Below are positions 46,885-56,890 of a stretch of DNA of 64,000 nucleotides, one piece after another (the first letter of the stretch is position 1; every line of letters begins with the position of its first letter). The notes under the pieces were generated by a model. It saw only the letters and a list, made by a program, of their open reading frames with translations. It was not told where the DNA came from and did not search any database. The stretch lies in IMG/VR virus record IMGVR_UViG_3300037459_000157, positions 6,640 through 70,639 of that record; one strand, written 5' to 3'. This DNA is from a virus. Position numbers and translations under genes: made by a program.

Positions 46885-47382
46885 CTATTGCCACTCCTTG
46901 ATTGCCGATTCAATATCAGCGCCGCCGGTGCTGCTGGGCTCATCGTCGCAAGTCCAAGAGCGCCCGCCGCCCAGGGTGGATGGAGCGACAACATATGCCC
47001 CATCCGAGTGGACGCCAATTCCATTTACAGAGCCAGTGGTCAGGCCCTCTGCATATTTGTAGTATAAATGGCATCCGTTGTTTGGGGTTGTGGCCATCAG
47101 CGTCTTCGGGAAAAGATCGCGCACAAGCTCGTCATCTACTTTAATTCCGTCAATATCCAGGACCACAAGACCTGAAATCTTTCCGGTGACAATGGCCACT
47201 CCAGCATCAGGCCACTGATTCCACCACTCTCGAATCTGAGCCTCATCGGCCGCCTTGGTTTGAAATCCGGACCAGACCACGAGCGGCTTCTTGCCGCAGC
47301 CGTCTGGGCTAATGGGGATGACTGACCAGCCGCGAGCTGCGTAGCTGAGCGCTGCCTCAAGTGTTTCGTTTGCTGCTTCCAT
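46885..47382 (-). CDS. Stand-alone bifunctional primase/polymerase (Prim-Pol) domain
   Basis: VIPI..KKPL..W, TG..SGLVVLDID, H.YY, YVVAP. Confidence 0.8.
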   Translation of the reverse strand: MEAANETLEAALSYAARGWSVIPISPDGCGKKPLVVWSGFQTKAADEAQIREWWNQWPDAGVAIVTGKISGLVVLDIDGIKVDDELVRDLFPKTLMATTPNNGCHLYYKYAEGLTTGSVNGIGVHSDGAYVVAPSTLGGGRSWTCDDEPSSTGGADIESAIKEWQ

Positions 47383-47390
47383 CGGGATAC

Positions 47391-49361
47391 CTATATTGCA
47401 CCAGCCACCCGCAGTGTCAAGACCTTTTCGTATCTTTGTTTGTCATCGGTCAGCCGAACGCGGTCGGATTCATGCAGTCGGTCGAACGCCGCGCGGAGCG
47501 GGCTCGGCAAGCCGTGCACTTCATCAGGGCCGATAGTCGCCTTCTCAAGCATGGCAAACACCACATCCTCGCGCTTCTGCTCGTCCGGCGTCAGCTGGGT
47601 CTGGATGTCTATCTGCGGCATGATGTTCGGGGGAATCATCAGGTGCTCGTCGTCCTCGATCTTGCGGTCGGGGTCGATGAGTGCCTTCATACCCTTGTGG
47701 TCGAGCTCAGATACGCGCGTGTCGAACCGCCACTCGCCAGGGTCTTCGCTACTGCCGTCGAAGATGTCGAAGTCGACGCGGATGGGGTCCTTCGCTTCAC
47801 CATCCTTACTTCGTCGCTGAATCACCACAGATCGAGGCATGCCCTCGATATTGCTGAACGCCATGCTCGTCTCGTTGGCCGCGTTGAGAAACTGACTGCC
47901 GTGCAGGCCGTCGCGTGAGCCGGAGCCGCGGCTGGCCTTGCTCGTGTGGTGGACGATCATGAATGTGCACCTGTAAATATCCCTGAGCTTCTTGAGCTCA
48001 ATCAAGTACTGGGATGCTGCCTCCATGTTATTTTCTGTAGACACCATTGAGTAGAACGGGTCCAAGAAAAACGCGACCGGCTTGTGCTTGATGAGCAGGC
48101 GTTCAATCTTGGCCATCGCTCCGGGTTTGTCGAATCGAAAGTCGCGCTTTTCGTATAGCTTGATTTTAGATCTCTCCTTGTGACAGTCCCACGTGAATAT
48201 ACCGTTTTCGATCCTCGGTTTCTTCAGCCCAGTCCTGCCCGCCCAGATGGTGGCGATGCGCTCTGACGTGGTGATGTGGCTGTCCTCCTGCTGGAAGATG
48301 ATGACCGTGCCCGTACGCTGGGGCCTGGCGACACCAAGAAACGGTGTGCCCTGAGCGATGCTCACGGCCAGGTCGAGCTCGCCCCATGACTTGTACGAGC
48401 CAGGCGGGCCGAACAGAAAGCCGATGGTGCAGTCGGTGAGGAAGCCGGGTATCAGCCACTGGACCTCCTTGCCGCCGTGCTTGAGGGCGTAGTCGTCGAA
48501 GTCGATGAGTTCGAGTTCGTCGTCTCCTTCGGTCGGGGCCTCGATCTCGCCGGACTTGATGGCCTGTTTCGTGGCGTCGTCTCGCTTGCGGGCTTCTCTG
48601 CCGCAGATGCTGCGGACTGTGCGTTCGACTTCGGCGTAGTCGAGGGGGTTGGCTAGCTTCGCGTTGGCGTCAATGCAGACCTGAAGGACGCCCTCGTGAA
48701 TGACGCCCTTGCCTGCGTAGTACCCCGCCAGCTTGGTGAGGTCGTTGTTGCGAGTCCCCTCGGATGAGCCACCGAGCTGCGTGTCCATGAGCCAGGTCTC
48801 GCGCTGGGGCTGAGCGAACAGCGGCGAGTTGTCCACCCCGTTCGCATGCCCATTCAACTTCTCTCGATCCGACTTGGATGGCGACAGCTCAATTGTCTTG
48901 GCGACGGTGATGGTCCCCGGCTTGTCGTCGAGGTCCCACTCGTAGGCGTTGCCCGACTCGTGCTTGCTCGGCGGGGCCACGACGTAACCGCCCTCGGCTC
49001 GGACGTCCACACCATTGTCGCCGGTCCGGTTGCGCGCACCTTCGACGTAGGTGTAGTAGTGGTGCTGCCCTCCGCCGCCGGTGTTGACGACCATGTCGGT
49101 CGGCGGGAAGCCGACGTCGGTGCCGCCGTGCTTTGGGTCGACATCCATCACCACCAGCTTGGATAGCTTGCCTGTGACGATGCCGACTCCGGCGTCGGGG
49201 AATGATTTCCACCAAGCTCGTATCTGTGTCTCGTCTGCTTTTCTGGTCTGCCACTCTTCCCACCGCACCAGCGGCTTCTTCATATTGCCCCTGCCCGATA
49301 TCGGTATGACGGAATAGCCGTCCTTCGCATACTCGATTGCCGCCTCAAGACAATAGGTCAT
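47391..49361 (-). CDS. Prim-Pol + PriCT + AAA_25 helicase (primase-helicase)
   Basis: DVD.KHG, DVRAEGGYVVAPPS, EG.RNN, GPPGSYKS, FFLDP, VHHTSK. Confidence 0.9.
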   Translation of the reverse strand: MTYCLEAAIEYAKDGYSVIPISGRGNMKKPLVRWEEWQTRKADETQIRAWWKSFPDAGVGIVTGKLSKLVVMDVDPKHGGTDVGFPPTDMVVNTGGGGQHHYYTYVEGARNRTGDNGVDVRAEGGYVVAPPSKHESGNAYEWDLDDKPGTITVAKTIELSPSKSDREKLNGHANGVDNSPLFAQPQRETWLMDTQLGGSSEGTRNNDLTKLAGYYAGKGVIHEGVLQVCIDANAKLANPLDYAEVERTVRSICGREARKRDDATKQAIKSGEIEAPTEGDDELELIDFDDYALKHGGKEVQWLIPGFLTDCTIGFLFGPPGSYKSWGELDLAVSIAQGTPFLGVARPQRTGTVIIFQQEDSHITTSERIATIWAGRTGLKKPRIENGIFTWDCHKERSKIKLYEKRDFRFDKPGAMAKIERLLIKHKPVAFFLDPFYSMVSTENNMEAASQYLIELKKLRDIYRCTFMIVHHTSKASRGSGSRDGLHGSQFLNAANETSMAFSNIEGMPRSVVIQRRSKDGEAKDPIRVDFDIFDGSSEDPGEWRFDTRVSELDHKGMKALIDPDRKIEDDEHLMIPPNIMPQIDIQTQLTPDEQKREDVVFAMLEKATIGPDEVHGLPSPLRAAFDRLHESDRVRLTDDKQRYEKVLTLRVAGAI

Positions 49362-49366
49362 GGTGG

Positions 49367-50908
49367 CTAGACTTCGGCGGGGATGGCACTAGTGGTGGCG
49401 AGCATGAGACGAGCCTTCGAAGCTAGCACTCGCTTGATGATTTGGTCCAGCGGGTGGTCCGACAGGATGTCGTAGATCACGCAGGTGCTTTTCTGCCCCA
49501 GCCGGCAGATGCGGTCCTCCGCCTGGTCGCTGTTCGCCGGCGAGAAGTCGCGCTGCACAAACAGCAGGTGATGCGCTGCAGTCAGCGTGATGCCGACGCC
49601 GCCGGCCTGTATCTGCAGGCCGATGAGCTTTGTCTGACCGCTCTGGAAGTTGTCGACGATCTTCGCCCTATCCTCTATGGATGTGGCACCGATGATGAGC
49701 CCGCACCCGTACTTCTCGGCCAATGCTTCGAGCGGGCCGACGTTCGCCGAGAACACCACGAGCGCGTCGCCGCTCTCCACGAACCTGTCGACCGTCGAGA
49801 ACATGACGGGGATCTTCGACTCGGCGAGCTTGCGCTGCACCGATGCGACGACCTCGTCGAACTTGTCGTTGAGGCTGCCCTCCTCGAACCGGCCCGATTT
49901 GGCCCGGTCCTCGTCCGTGCAAACAGGGGGGTGCTCGTGGTGTATGGTGGAGTAGGTCTTTTCGGGAATCTCCGGGGCGACAACTCTCCGGAGTCGCCGG
50001 AGACTTCGGCCGCGGAAGGCATCGCGCAACCCGTCCGGGTCGACGACTTGCTTGGCCCAGTAGTACGCGCCGTGCTCGTCCTTGACGCCCCCGAAGATGC
50101 GGTCGAAGTTCTGACGGTCGCCGAACATCCGCATCGCGAGCCCGACGCTCGACAGCGTACCCCACAGGTCCACGGGCTTGTTGGCCAGCGGAGTCCCGGT
50201 CAGGGCCCACCGGATGTCGAAGTGCGTCGAGAGCCGCTGGATGGACTCGGTACGGGCCGCGTCCGGGTTCTTGTAGAGGTGGGCCTCGTCGAGGATGATG
50301 ACTGAGCCGGGCTGTGGGTTGGCGCTGGCGTAGTTGAGCCCCACGTTCTTGTGGTGCAGGCGGACCGCGTCGGGCGTCGCCACGAGAAACTCCCCAGGGA
50401 TGACCCCGCGCAGGTGCTCGCGGTCAACAGATTCGAACTTCAAGTCAGGGCGCCAGAGCGCCGCCTCACGGCACCAGCCCAGCAGCAGGGAGCGAGGGGC
50501 CACGACGATGCCGAACGCCTGCTCAGGCAGAGCCATGAGCGCCTGAATGGTCTTGCCGAGGCCCATCTCGTCGGCGAGCAGGAAGTCACGGCTCATGGTG
50601 AGGACGGCCGAGCCCACATCCTGGAACGGATACATGTGCATTCCCTCGGGCTCCCGGACTAGCATGTGCTCCCGGGCCGACACCCTCATCACCCTGACCT
50701 CATCGAGCACATCGCTCGGCACCCGGTCGCCACACGCCCCCGCAGCCTCGGCAATCTTGTACATGTCCATCGCCGACACGATGAACCCATCACCATCAGC
50801 CTGCATGCGGACTGCCCTAGCTGCAGCCCTCGCGGCCTCGGGATTGCCGAACTCGATGCGGTAGCGGGCCCGGTGGAGCGTCGCTTCGTTGTGTCGTGTG
50901 GCTTTCAT
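49367..50908 (-). CDS. SNF2-family helicase
   Basis: LADEMGLGKT, DEAH, LTGTP, QAEDR..R.GQ. Confidence 0.9.
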   Translation of the reverse strand: MKATRHNEATLHRARYRIEFGNPEAARAAARAVRMQADGDGFIVSAMDMYKIAEAAGACGDRVPSDVLDEVRVMRVSAREHMLVREPEGMHMYPFQDVGSAVLTMSRDFLLADEMGLGKTIQALMALPEQAFGIVVAPRSLLLGWCREAALWRPDLKFESVDREHLRGVIPGEFLVATPDAVRLHHKNVGLNYASANPQPGSVIILDEAHLYKNPDAARTESIQRLSTHFDIRWALTGTPLANKPVDLWGTLSSVGLAMRMFGDRQNFDRIFGGVKDEHGAYYWAKQVVDPDGLRDAFRGRSLRRLRRVVAPEIPEKTYSTIHHEHPPVCTDEDRAKSGRFEEGSLNDKFDEVVASVQRKLAESKIPVMFSTVDRFVESGDALVVFSANVGPLEALAEKYGCGLIIGATSIEDRAKIVDNFQSGQTKLIGLQIQAGGVGITLTAAHHLLFVQRDFSPANSDQAEDRICRLGQKSTCVIYDILSDHPLDQIIKRVLASKARLMLATTSAIPAEV

Positions 50909-51189
50909 AGCGGCAGCCACCCGAACATGCGGTCGACGACAGCCTCAAGCGATGTCCCGTAGGCAACATGAGAGCCGATCGGAGTCTGCGGGTAGGCTTG
51001 GATCGAGTAGATGATGCCCGTGTCCATGCACTCCTTGATCACTCGCCCATCATCGTCGCTCGGGTTGGGGCAGACCGTCTCGAAGAAGTCCTCAATCGAC
51101 TGGTAGCAAGTTGTATTCTCCCGCGCTGAGACAATGACCTCGCACTCGCAATGGTCGATGATGGCTTGCAGTTTTTCTAAGGTGTTCAT
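50905..51189 (-). CDS. Hypothetical phage protein
   Basis: GGAG RBS before MNTLEK; QAYP.TPIG motif. Confidence 0.6.
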   Translation of the reverse strand: MNTLEKLQAIIDHCECEVIVSARENTTCYQSIEDFFETVCPNPSDDDGRVIKECMDTGIIYSIQAYPQTPIGSHVAYGTSLEAVVDRMFGWLPL

Positions 51190-51274
51190 GGGGAACTCCA
51201 GACAATACTCTTCCGCGTGCCAGGGCCACTCGTCCCACACGCAATGCCAGGGTGCGGCTACGCGGCCGGTACAT

Positions 51275-51670
51275 CTACAAACCGCGCTCAGACATGACCG
51301 CATGCAAGATCTCTCGCGGCGCAACACCCATTGCCGCGGCCATCTCCTTCATCATCTCCGGGGATGGGTCTCGCTCGCCGAGCTCAATCGCGCTCAACAT
51401 AGAGCGGCTAATGCTGTCACATAGGTCGCTCATTCCTTGCTGCGTTAGACCAGACTCCGCCCTCATGATTCGTATCTTAGATCCGGTCGCATAGACAATA
51501 TCGATCTCCGGTACGCCCAGTGCAGATGATAGCTGTCCCAGCATATTGAACGTAACGTTGCGCTTGCCTGCCTCTATGCCTTTCACCGTTTCGACAGGGA
51601 TGCCACTCCGCTTGCCAAGCATGGCCAGCGAAAGGCCCGCGGCCTGTCTCATCTTCTTCATCTCAGACAT
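51275..51670 (-). CDS. Tandem XRE HTH transcriptional regulator (repressor candidate)
   Basis: Two HTH_3-like units (RQAAGLSL...IEAGKRN; RAESGLTQ...IELGERDP). Confidence 0.85.
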   Translation of the reverse strand: MSEMKKMRQAAGLSLAMLGKRSGIPVETVKGIEAGKRNVTFNMLGQLSSALGVPEIDIVYATGSKIRIMRAESGLTQQGMSDLCDSISRSMLSAIELGERDPSPEMMKEMAAAMGVAPREILHAVMSERGL

Positions 51671-51678
51671 GTTTTCGT

Positions 51679-51772
51679 AGCATGGCACCGGGCGTGTCAG
51701 GTGTCAAGTCAACAGGTGGACACGTGCGCGAATGGCACCTGCTCGATCTTACTGCTTGCCACCGCTCGTGTC
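51679..51772. promoter_or_regulatory. Divergent control region: leftward promoter TTGACA-N17-CATGCT; operators at 51684-51698 and 51758-51772
   Basis: GGCAC-N5-GTGTC and GCCAC-N5-GTGTC. Confidence 0.6.
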
Positions 51773-51790
51773 AGGGACAACGATGGATGC

Positions 51791-52030
51791 GTGGCTAACA
51801 CACTCCCAACCGAAATCGCCTATCACCTTATCGACTCCACCGCGACCATGCTCGGCCGCACGCCTGAGTCAATCCAGGACACGCTCGATAGCTTCCCCGA
51901 CCGTGACATCGCCGAAGTGCTTGAGGCCATGCAGAGCCTCGACACGCTCGACGCCGACACGCTCTCGGCCTACCTCACCAGTGAGCTCGTGCTCAATGAC
52001 AGGCTGGACGAGTGGCTGGAGGCTGTCTAG
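51791..52030 (+). CDS. Small acidic protein divergent from the repressor
   Basis: Only convincing + strand ORF in the leftward arm; fills a gap; start uncertain. Confidence 0.55.
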   Translation: MANTLPTEIAYHLIDSTATMLGRTPESIQDTLDSFPDRDIAEVLEAMQSLDTLDADTLSAYLTSELVLNDRLDEWLEAV

Positions 52031-52308
52031 GCCAGCGGCCCGCGCTCCACCAGCTGCCCGAGCTTGAGCTGTAGGTTCTGGATTCGGGCGTCGCGGGCCT
52101 TGATGGCTGCAATGAGCACGTCGGCCATGGCCTTGATATTGTGGGCGACTGTGTCCCCACCTGCATGATGCCAACCGTCAATCAGTTTTGATGTCAGCTC
52201 AAGCGTGACGCCTGCATCGCGATGGTGCTCCTTCAGCTCGTTGTATCTGGATTGCAGCTCTTCGAGTCGAGACTGTGGGTCCGGGGTGTCACTGCTTTCG
52301 CTACTCAT
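52027..52308 (-). CDS. Coiled-coil hypothetical protein
   Basis: ATGA overlap with nuclease gene. Confidence 0.55.
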   Translation of the reverse strand: MSSESSDTPDPQSRLEELQSRYNELKEHHRDAGVTLELTSKLIDGWHHAGGDTVAHNIKAMADVLIAAIKARDARIQNLQLKLGQLVERGPLA

Positions 52309-52724
52309 CGTTTCTTCCTTTTCTTCCCTAGATTCTCGTACACCTTGAAATGCCCCGCGTCGCGCAAGGCCTCGCTCAGGCATCGACCTCTGCCCGCTGG
52401 GCATACTGTCGATATGCGCCGTTCAAATGTCATCTTTCCAGTGTCTTGGATGACGACGTTCGGGTGTTCTATGGCCCACGTCTTTGTGAACTTTCTGGCT
52501 CGCCTACCAGCCAGCGCTGCCAGGCCCTTGGTCTCCGGGCAGTCGATGCCCTTAAGCCGAATCGGCATAGTGATGTGCACGCCGAATGGCAGGTGGGCCG
52601 TCATCACGAACGTGTCCCCGTCCTTGATGCGGATGAACGTCGCCGGGATTCCGGGCCGGAGATCTGGCTCGGGAGCCGATGCGAGGAGCAGCATGATGGT
52701 CGCTGAAAGAATCATGGGCCACAT
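52305..52724 (-). CDS. Thermonuclease (SNase) family protein with signal peptide
   Basis: DGDT, IRLKGIDCPE, FERR. Confidence 0.8.
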   Translation of the reverse strand: MWPMILSATIMLLLASAPEPDLRPGIPATFIRIKDGDTFVMTAHLPFGVHITMPIRLKGIDCPETKGLAALAGRRARKFTKTWAIEHPNVVIQDTGKMTFERRISTVCPAGRGRCLSEALRDAGHFKVYENLGKKRKKR

Positions 52725-52761
52725 CCTAGCAGCTCGGTCTGGGTTGATGGTGAAACGGCGT

Positions 52762-53163
52762 TCATATCAATTCCATCTGACCGCTGCCCGGCCTGCTCGC
52801 TCGGCACGTCGGGCCGGATTCGGTGCCCCGAAGCTGCATGGGAATCACCTGCAGTCCTGCCTGTATCGCCAGACTTCGCATGGACCGAGTGCCTGCTCCG
52901 CCGGGGAAGAGCACGACCGCCGTCGCATACTCGGCCATCTGGGCGTTGCGCAGCGGACCTGCCTTGCGGCCCAGTGACCAGTCGGCAGGGAACGTCTGAA
53001 CCGGTATGCCGCGCGCCTTGGCCCAGCCCTCTCCGCCTGAGTCAGCTCCTCTACAGCAGCCGCTCACGACCTCGCCGACTGGCCCGAGACTGTCGAGGAA
53101 CTCCCAGTCCTGATCGTTGAGTTGATAGCCCCTGCCGCCTGCGATGATGAGTCGTTCGATCAT
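52762..53163 (-). CDS. SLOG-family protein (DUF2493 / YspA-like)
   Basis: IAGGR, VSG..RGAD, ADW..G.KAGP.RN..M, FPGG.GT. Confidence 0.85.
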   Translation of the reverse strand: MIERLIIAGGRGYQLNDQDWEFLDSLGPVGEVVSGCCRGADSGGEGWAKARGIPVQTFPADWSLGRKAGPLRNAQMAEYATAVVLFPGGAGTRSMRSLAIQAGLQVIPMQLRGTESGPTCRASRPGSGQMELI

Positions 53164-53594
53164 GTTTCCCTCGTAAAGAGATCGGTGGCCTTCTCATAGT
53201 TCTCGACCTGAAGCTTGAGCGATGCAGCCTCCGCCCGCGCCTCGTCGCGCTCTCGGGTGCGAGCTTCGTTTTCAGCCTTCAACGTTTCAGCACGCATCTC
53301 CAATGTGGCGTAATCCTGCGCAAATACCGAAATCCAGTCATCACTGACTAGTGCTTCCGCTATGCGTGTCTTCAAAGCCTCCGCCAGCTGCTCCACCAAG
53401 GTCCGAGAGACATTGATGAAGTCAATATCCTTCTGCGAGCATATGGGGACATTACTTACGGCCAACTGCGGTTCTTGTATTGAGTCGTCGTCAATGCCGT
53501 TCCACACCAGGTGAGCACGGACGTCCCACGGACCCGGCGTCGCAGCCTCGCAGATGGTGGTGGCTTGTTTGATTAGGCCTTGTGGTGTGGTCAT
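53160..53594 (-). CDS. Ead/Ea22-like protein
   Basis: AATPGPW...D..FI..SR..V..L then coiled coil. Confidence 0.6.
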   Translation of the reverse strand: MTTPQGLIKQATTICEAATPGPWDVRAHLVWNGIDDDSIQEPQLAVSNVPICSQKDIDFINVSRTLVEQLAEALKTRIAEALVSDDWISVFAQDYATLEMRAETLKAENEARTRERDEARAEAASLKLQVENYEKATDLFTRET

Positions 53595-53962
53595 GTGATT
53601 GACTCCTTCGGGTATCTCCGTCGTATGTCGTCCAGGTCCGACCAAGATCGATTGGGGTCGCCCTGAAATCGTGCAAGGGCCACTTTGTAATCGGGCGGAG
53701 TCGGTAGCCCGTCGAGCCCGCTGTTCTTCGCCGTGTGCCGTGGGCATCGCGGAGGCCCCCACCCTTTGCGAAAGCACCTGCACGCTTTGGCTGGTAGCCA
53801 TACGCTGCCTACAATCATCTCCATGTAATGCTCCAGGCGCCACACGCCATCGCGCCACACACGGAGCATGCCTTTCGAGTCAGCGTTGAGATTTCTTACG
53901 GATGAATATGTCCATGTCTGCCAGTCGTATTCGCCAGGTGGCATCTCTTCGCCGGTCATCAT
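53591..53962 (-). CDS. Hypothetical protein
   Basis: Coupled ORF; CRC...CPRH. Confidence 0.45.
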   Translation of the reverse strand: MMTGEEMPPGEYDWQTWTYSSVRNLNADSKGMLRVWRDGVWRLEHYMEMIVGSVWLPAKACRCFRKGWGPPRCPRHTAKNSGLDGLPTPPDYKVALARFQGDPNRSWSDLDDIRRRYPKESIT

Positions 53963-53966
53963 TTGC

Positions 53967-54989
53967 CTACTGCCCGAAGATCTTTCTGATAGTCCGAATG
54001 ACAGCGCCCACATCGTCTTTATTTGTATTCTTGTCGTTCATGAAGTCCATGAGTTCGTCCCAGCACTTGGCTTTGACATGGGTGACAGCGCTGACTGGCA
54101 TGTCTGCGGCGGCTTTGACCAGGTCTCCCATGGCCTCAAACGCGGCGGTCGCTGCCTTCATCTCATCGACGTCAGCCTCGGGCTCGGGTTTGGATTCGGC
54201 CTCGACCTTGGGCTCTGGCTCTGGGGAGCTGTAATTCCCCTCGACTCTAATCGTCAAGTGTCCGACGACTAGGACGTCGCCGTCTTTTATGACGGCGTTT
54301 CTCTCGATTTGCTTGCCGTTGACTTGAGTCCCGTACAATGACCCCCGGTCTATCACTCGTATGGTGCCAAGCACATCCTTCTCGACAACAGCGTGCCTCC
54401 GCTCGATGTCAAGACTGTCGTCATTGATGGTATTGCTCTTGAGTCGACCTATGCTGATTGGGTCGCTCTCCACTTGCACGACGTCGATCATGGTCTCACC
54501 TCTGAACACTCTGAGCCTCATACCCCTAGGAGCCACGCTCTCTGGCTCGGGCTCGGGCTCCTTGACCTTGGTCGGCTCGGGCTCCCTGGCTTTAGCCGGC
54601 TCGGGCTCCTTGACCTTGGTCGGTTCAGGTGCAGCCACAGGTGCAGCCACCGGTGGAGCGACCGGCCCCGAGGATTTAGGTGCGTACTTGCTTGTGCAGT
54701 CATCTCCTACAACTTTGATCTGGAACGAGCCAACACCTATGACGTCGCCCGGTTCGATTCTTGTGCCGGAGTCAATCTTTTTTCCGTTGAGGAAGGTTCC
54801 GTGCCACGAGCTCATGTCCCTAATCACAACCTCATCCTTGGATGGCTTAAAATAGGCATGTAACTCGTCAACCTCGGGGTCATCCAGGCAAATCGGGTAC
54901 CTTTTACGCGTGCCGATGTTGATATCGTCCCTGCCGACAGCCACGGTCTTGAGGAGATCGCCCGACTCGTTGTACACTTGAAGTTTCAT
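53967..54989 (-). CDS. Tandem FHA-domain protein with Pro/Glu/Lys linker
   Basis: IG..., HA...D..S..GT.(L/V)NG....GDV..VG present twice. Confidence 0.85.
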   Translation of the reverse strand: MKLQVYNESGDLLKTVAVGRDDINIGTRKRYPICLDDPEVDELHAYFKPSKDEVVIRDMSSWHGTFLNGKKIDSGTRIEPGDVIGVGSFQIKVVGDDCTSKYAPKSSGPVAPPVAAPVAAPEPTKVKEPEPAKAREPEPTKVKEPEPEPESVAPRGMRLRVFRGETMIDVVQVESDPISIGRLKSNTINDDSLDIERRHAVVEKDVLGTIRVIDRGSLYGTQVNGKQIERNAVIKDGDVLVVGHLTIRVEGNYSSPEPEPKVEAESKPEPEADVDEMKAATAAFEAMGDLVKAAADMPVSAVTHVKAKCWDELMDFMNDKNTNKDDVGAVIRTIRKIFGQ

Positions 54990-55057
54990 ACACCCAGAAA
55001 CCCCGCCCGCTCACCAAGTTGGCGCGGTCACGGGGCGGTAGGCGAGCAGTTTGATGC

Positions 55058-55378
55058 TCACTTTAGATCTGCGTACGAATCGTCGGCGGGGATTGGGGGG
55101 AGCTCGCACCAGGTGAGGATGGGGACCTCAGAGCAGTCGCTTCCGACCCAGTCACCACGGCTATTGAGGCACCGCCCAATCACCCTGTCGAGTGAGCCCT
55201 GTCGGACGATCAGGGCGATCTGTCCCTCCTTCGCAGCCCCCGGCGCACGCCACTGACACTCAAGCCTGCCGATGGTGGCGCTGGCGTGGGCGAGCATGGC
55301 TTCGAGGGTGTCGACTTGTTGGCGGAGGTCGGTGAGCTCTTTGTCTTTGATTGTGCTCCAGGTCATCGTGCTTCCCAT
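55058..55378 (-). CDS. Hypothetical protein, DUF551-like C-terminus
   Basis: WR....LTWCELPPIP. Confidence 0.5.
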   Translation of the reverse strand: MGSTMTWSTIKDKELTDLRQQVDTLEAMLAHASATIGRLECQWRAPGAAKEGQIALIVRQGSLDRVIGRCLNSRGDWVGSDCSEVPILTWCELPPIPADDSYADLK

Positions 55379-55499
55379 TCTAGTTCGGCGATTCTCTCGC
55401 GGGCTTGGTCGAGCATGCGCTTTTGCGTGACGATGATGGCAAGCAGTTCGCTGCGTGGCTTTTCCGTGACCTCAACTGTGACCGTGACTTCGTGTTTGC

Positions 55500-56156
55500 T
55501 CATGACTTGGCCTTCTCCTCATCTTCGTCCCTTGACTTCCTAACCGCGAGGATAATCGACACAATCTTCTGTCGAAAGAAGCTAGCCGGCTTTCCTTCGG
55601 CCTCAAGTAGCGACCATGAGCATGCGTATGTGAACTTACTTCCGCCGATTAACTGGGCGGAGATGCAGGCCTCAACGCACGTTTCTATGTTATTACATTT
55701 CAGAACAGTGTCGCATGCGCCTATCGACGCGAAGGACTGCTTGATTCTATTGGTGATACCTTCGGCAATCTTCTTGTGATCAAGAATAATTCTCGCCTCA
55801 TTTCGGGAGGCTCGCCAGCTTTCGGACCAGCCCCACACGGTCAGGCATCGGTCCCTGAGCCACGCCCACAGGTATATGGGCGGAGCGACAGCCGCGATGG
55901 CAGCAACTGCCAGCAGGACTGCCCCAACGAACATCCCGATGAAGGCCGCGACTACACCGACCACCGCCGCAGGCACGCCCCACAGCGGCATGGTGACGTC
56001 CCACCATGTCAGGTCTGGCGCTATGGTGTACCTGCATACGGCCATGGTGCAGGGCGCAACGACGGCCCACAGGAACATGGTGGGGAACAGGTATCCGGGG
56101 GCGCTGATGTTGATGGTGGGCCTGTCCGGCTTTGGGTCTTCGGTGGGTTCGGTCAT
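55500..56156 (-). CDS. Membrane protein
   Basis: Several TM segments; LTWWDV..PLW. Confidence 0.55.
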   Translation of the reverse strand: MTEPTEDPKPDRPTINISAPGYLFPTMFLWAVVAPCTMAVCRYTIAPDLTWWDVTMPLWGVPAAVVGVVAAFIGMFVGAVLLAVAAIAAVAPPIYLWAWLRDRCLTVWGWSESWRASRNEARIILDHKKIAEGITNRIKQSFASIGACDTVLKCNNIETCVEACISAQLIGGSKFTYACSWSLLEAEGKPASFFRQKIVSIILAVRKSRDEDEEKAKS

Positions 56157-56325
56157 AGCCTCGCGCCCTTCAGGCTCTTGAGATGAGTGTCGACGGCCGT
56201 GCATGTCAGCTGCCCTGCGTTCGCGATGGTCTGCAGCTTGCCTGACCAATCCTCATGCATGGTGTGGAGTTTGAAAAGTATCGCGATGGTGCATACGACC
56301 ACTGTTGCTAGGGTAAGCCCGATCA

Positions 56326-56607
56326 TCAGACCCCACCCCCATTCGCCATCGCCCTGCGCAGGACATCACGACACTCGCTGCCGGCGCCCTCATACAGCTC
56401 GCGGAGCTCTGCGATGAAGACCCCGCAGGCGTTCATGTTGGGCATGGCTTCGAGCTGCTCCATGATCTTCTCAGCCTGCTCGGGCGCCTTGGTGGGGTTG
56501 GATTTCGAACAGCCTGTCGGTGCTGCGGAGATGGTGAGCGCTGCGATGGCTGCTTGGACTAGGGCGATTGCCGCAAGGTCTGTGAGTGATTTTGTTGTAG
56601 AGTTCAT
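56326..56607 (-). CDS. Putative exported/lipoprotein
   Basis: Hydrophobic N-terminus then TGCS. Confidence 0.45.
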   Translation of the reverse strand: MNSTTKSLTDLAAIALVQAAIAALTISAAPTGCSKSNPTKAPEQAEKIMEQLEAMPNMNACGVFIAELRELYEGAGSECRDVLRRAMANGGGV

Positions 56608-56840
56608 GATGGCTTCCTCTGCAGCGCGGCCCTGTAGGTCAGTGGCTGCTTGAGCATCGGACACTTGTGCGGCATCACCTCGGGGCCGCCGAGGGTGAGG
56701 TCGGCGGGCACTGCCTTCGCGTCGGGGTGGGTGCACTCTTGGGGGATGGCTGGCACGGGCTTGCCGTTGGTGTGGCCAGCGGGACAGTGCGGCAGGTAAA
56801 GCGGGCAGTCGCCGCACTTGAGGACGTAGATGGGTCTCAC
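56604..56840 (-). CDS. Small Cys-rich protein
   Basis: CGDCP...C.HP...P..CP. Confidence 0.55.
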   Translation of the reverse strand: MRPIYVLKCGDCPLYLPHCPAGHTNGKPVPAIPQECTHPDAKAVPADLTLGGPEVMPHKCPMLKQPLTYRAALQRKPS

Positions 56841-56890
56841 ACCCCAAAGGCCCGCCGGGATCGATCCGGCGGGCTGGGTGTATCGGGTGG

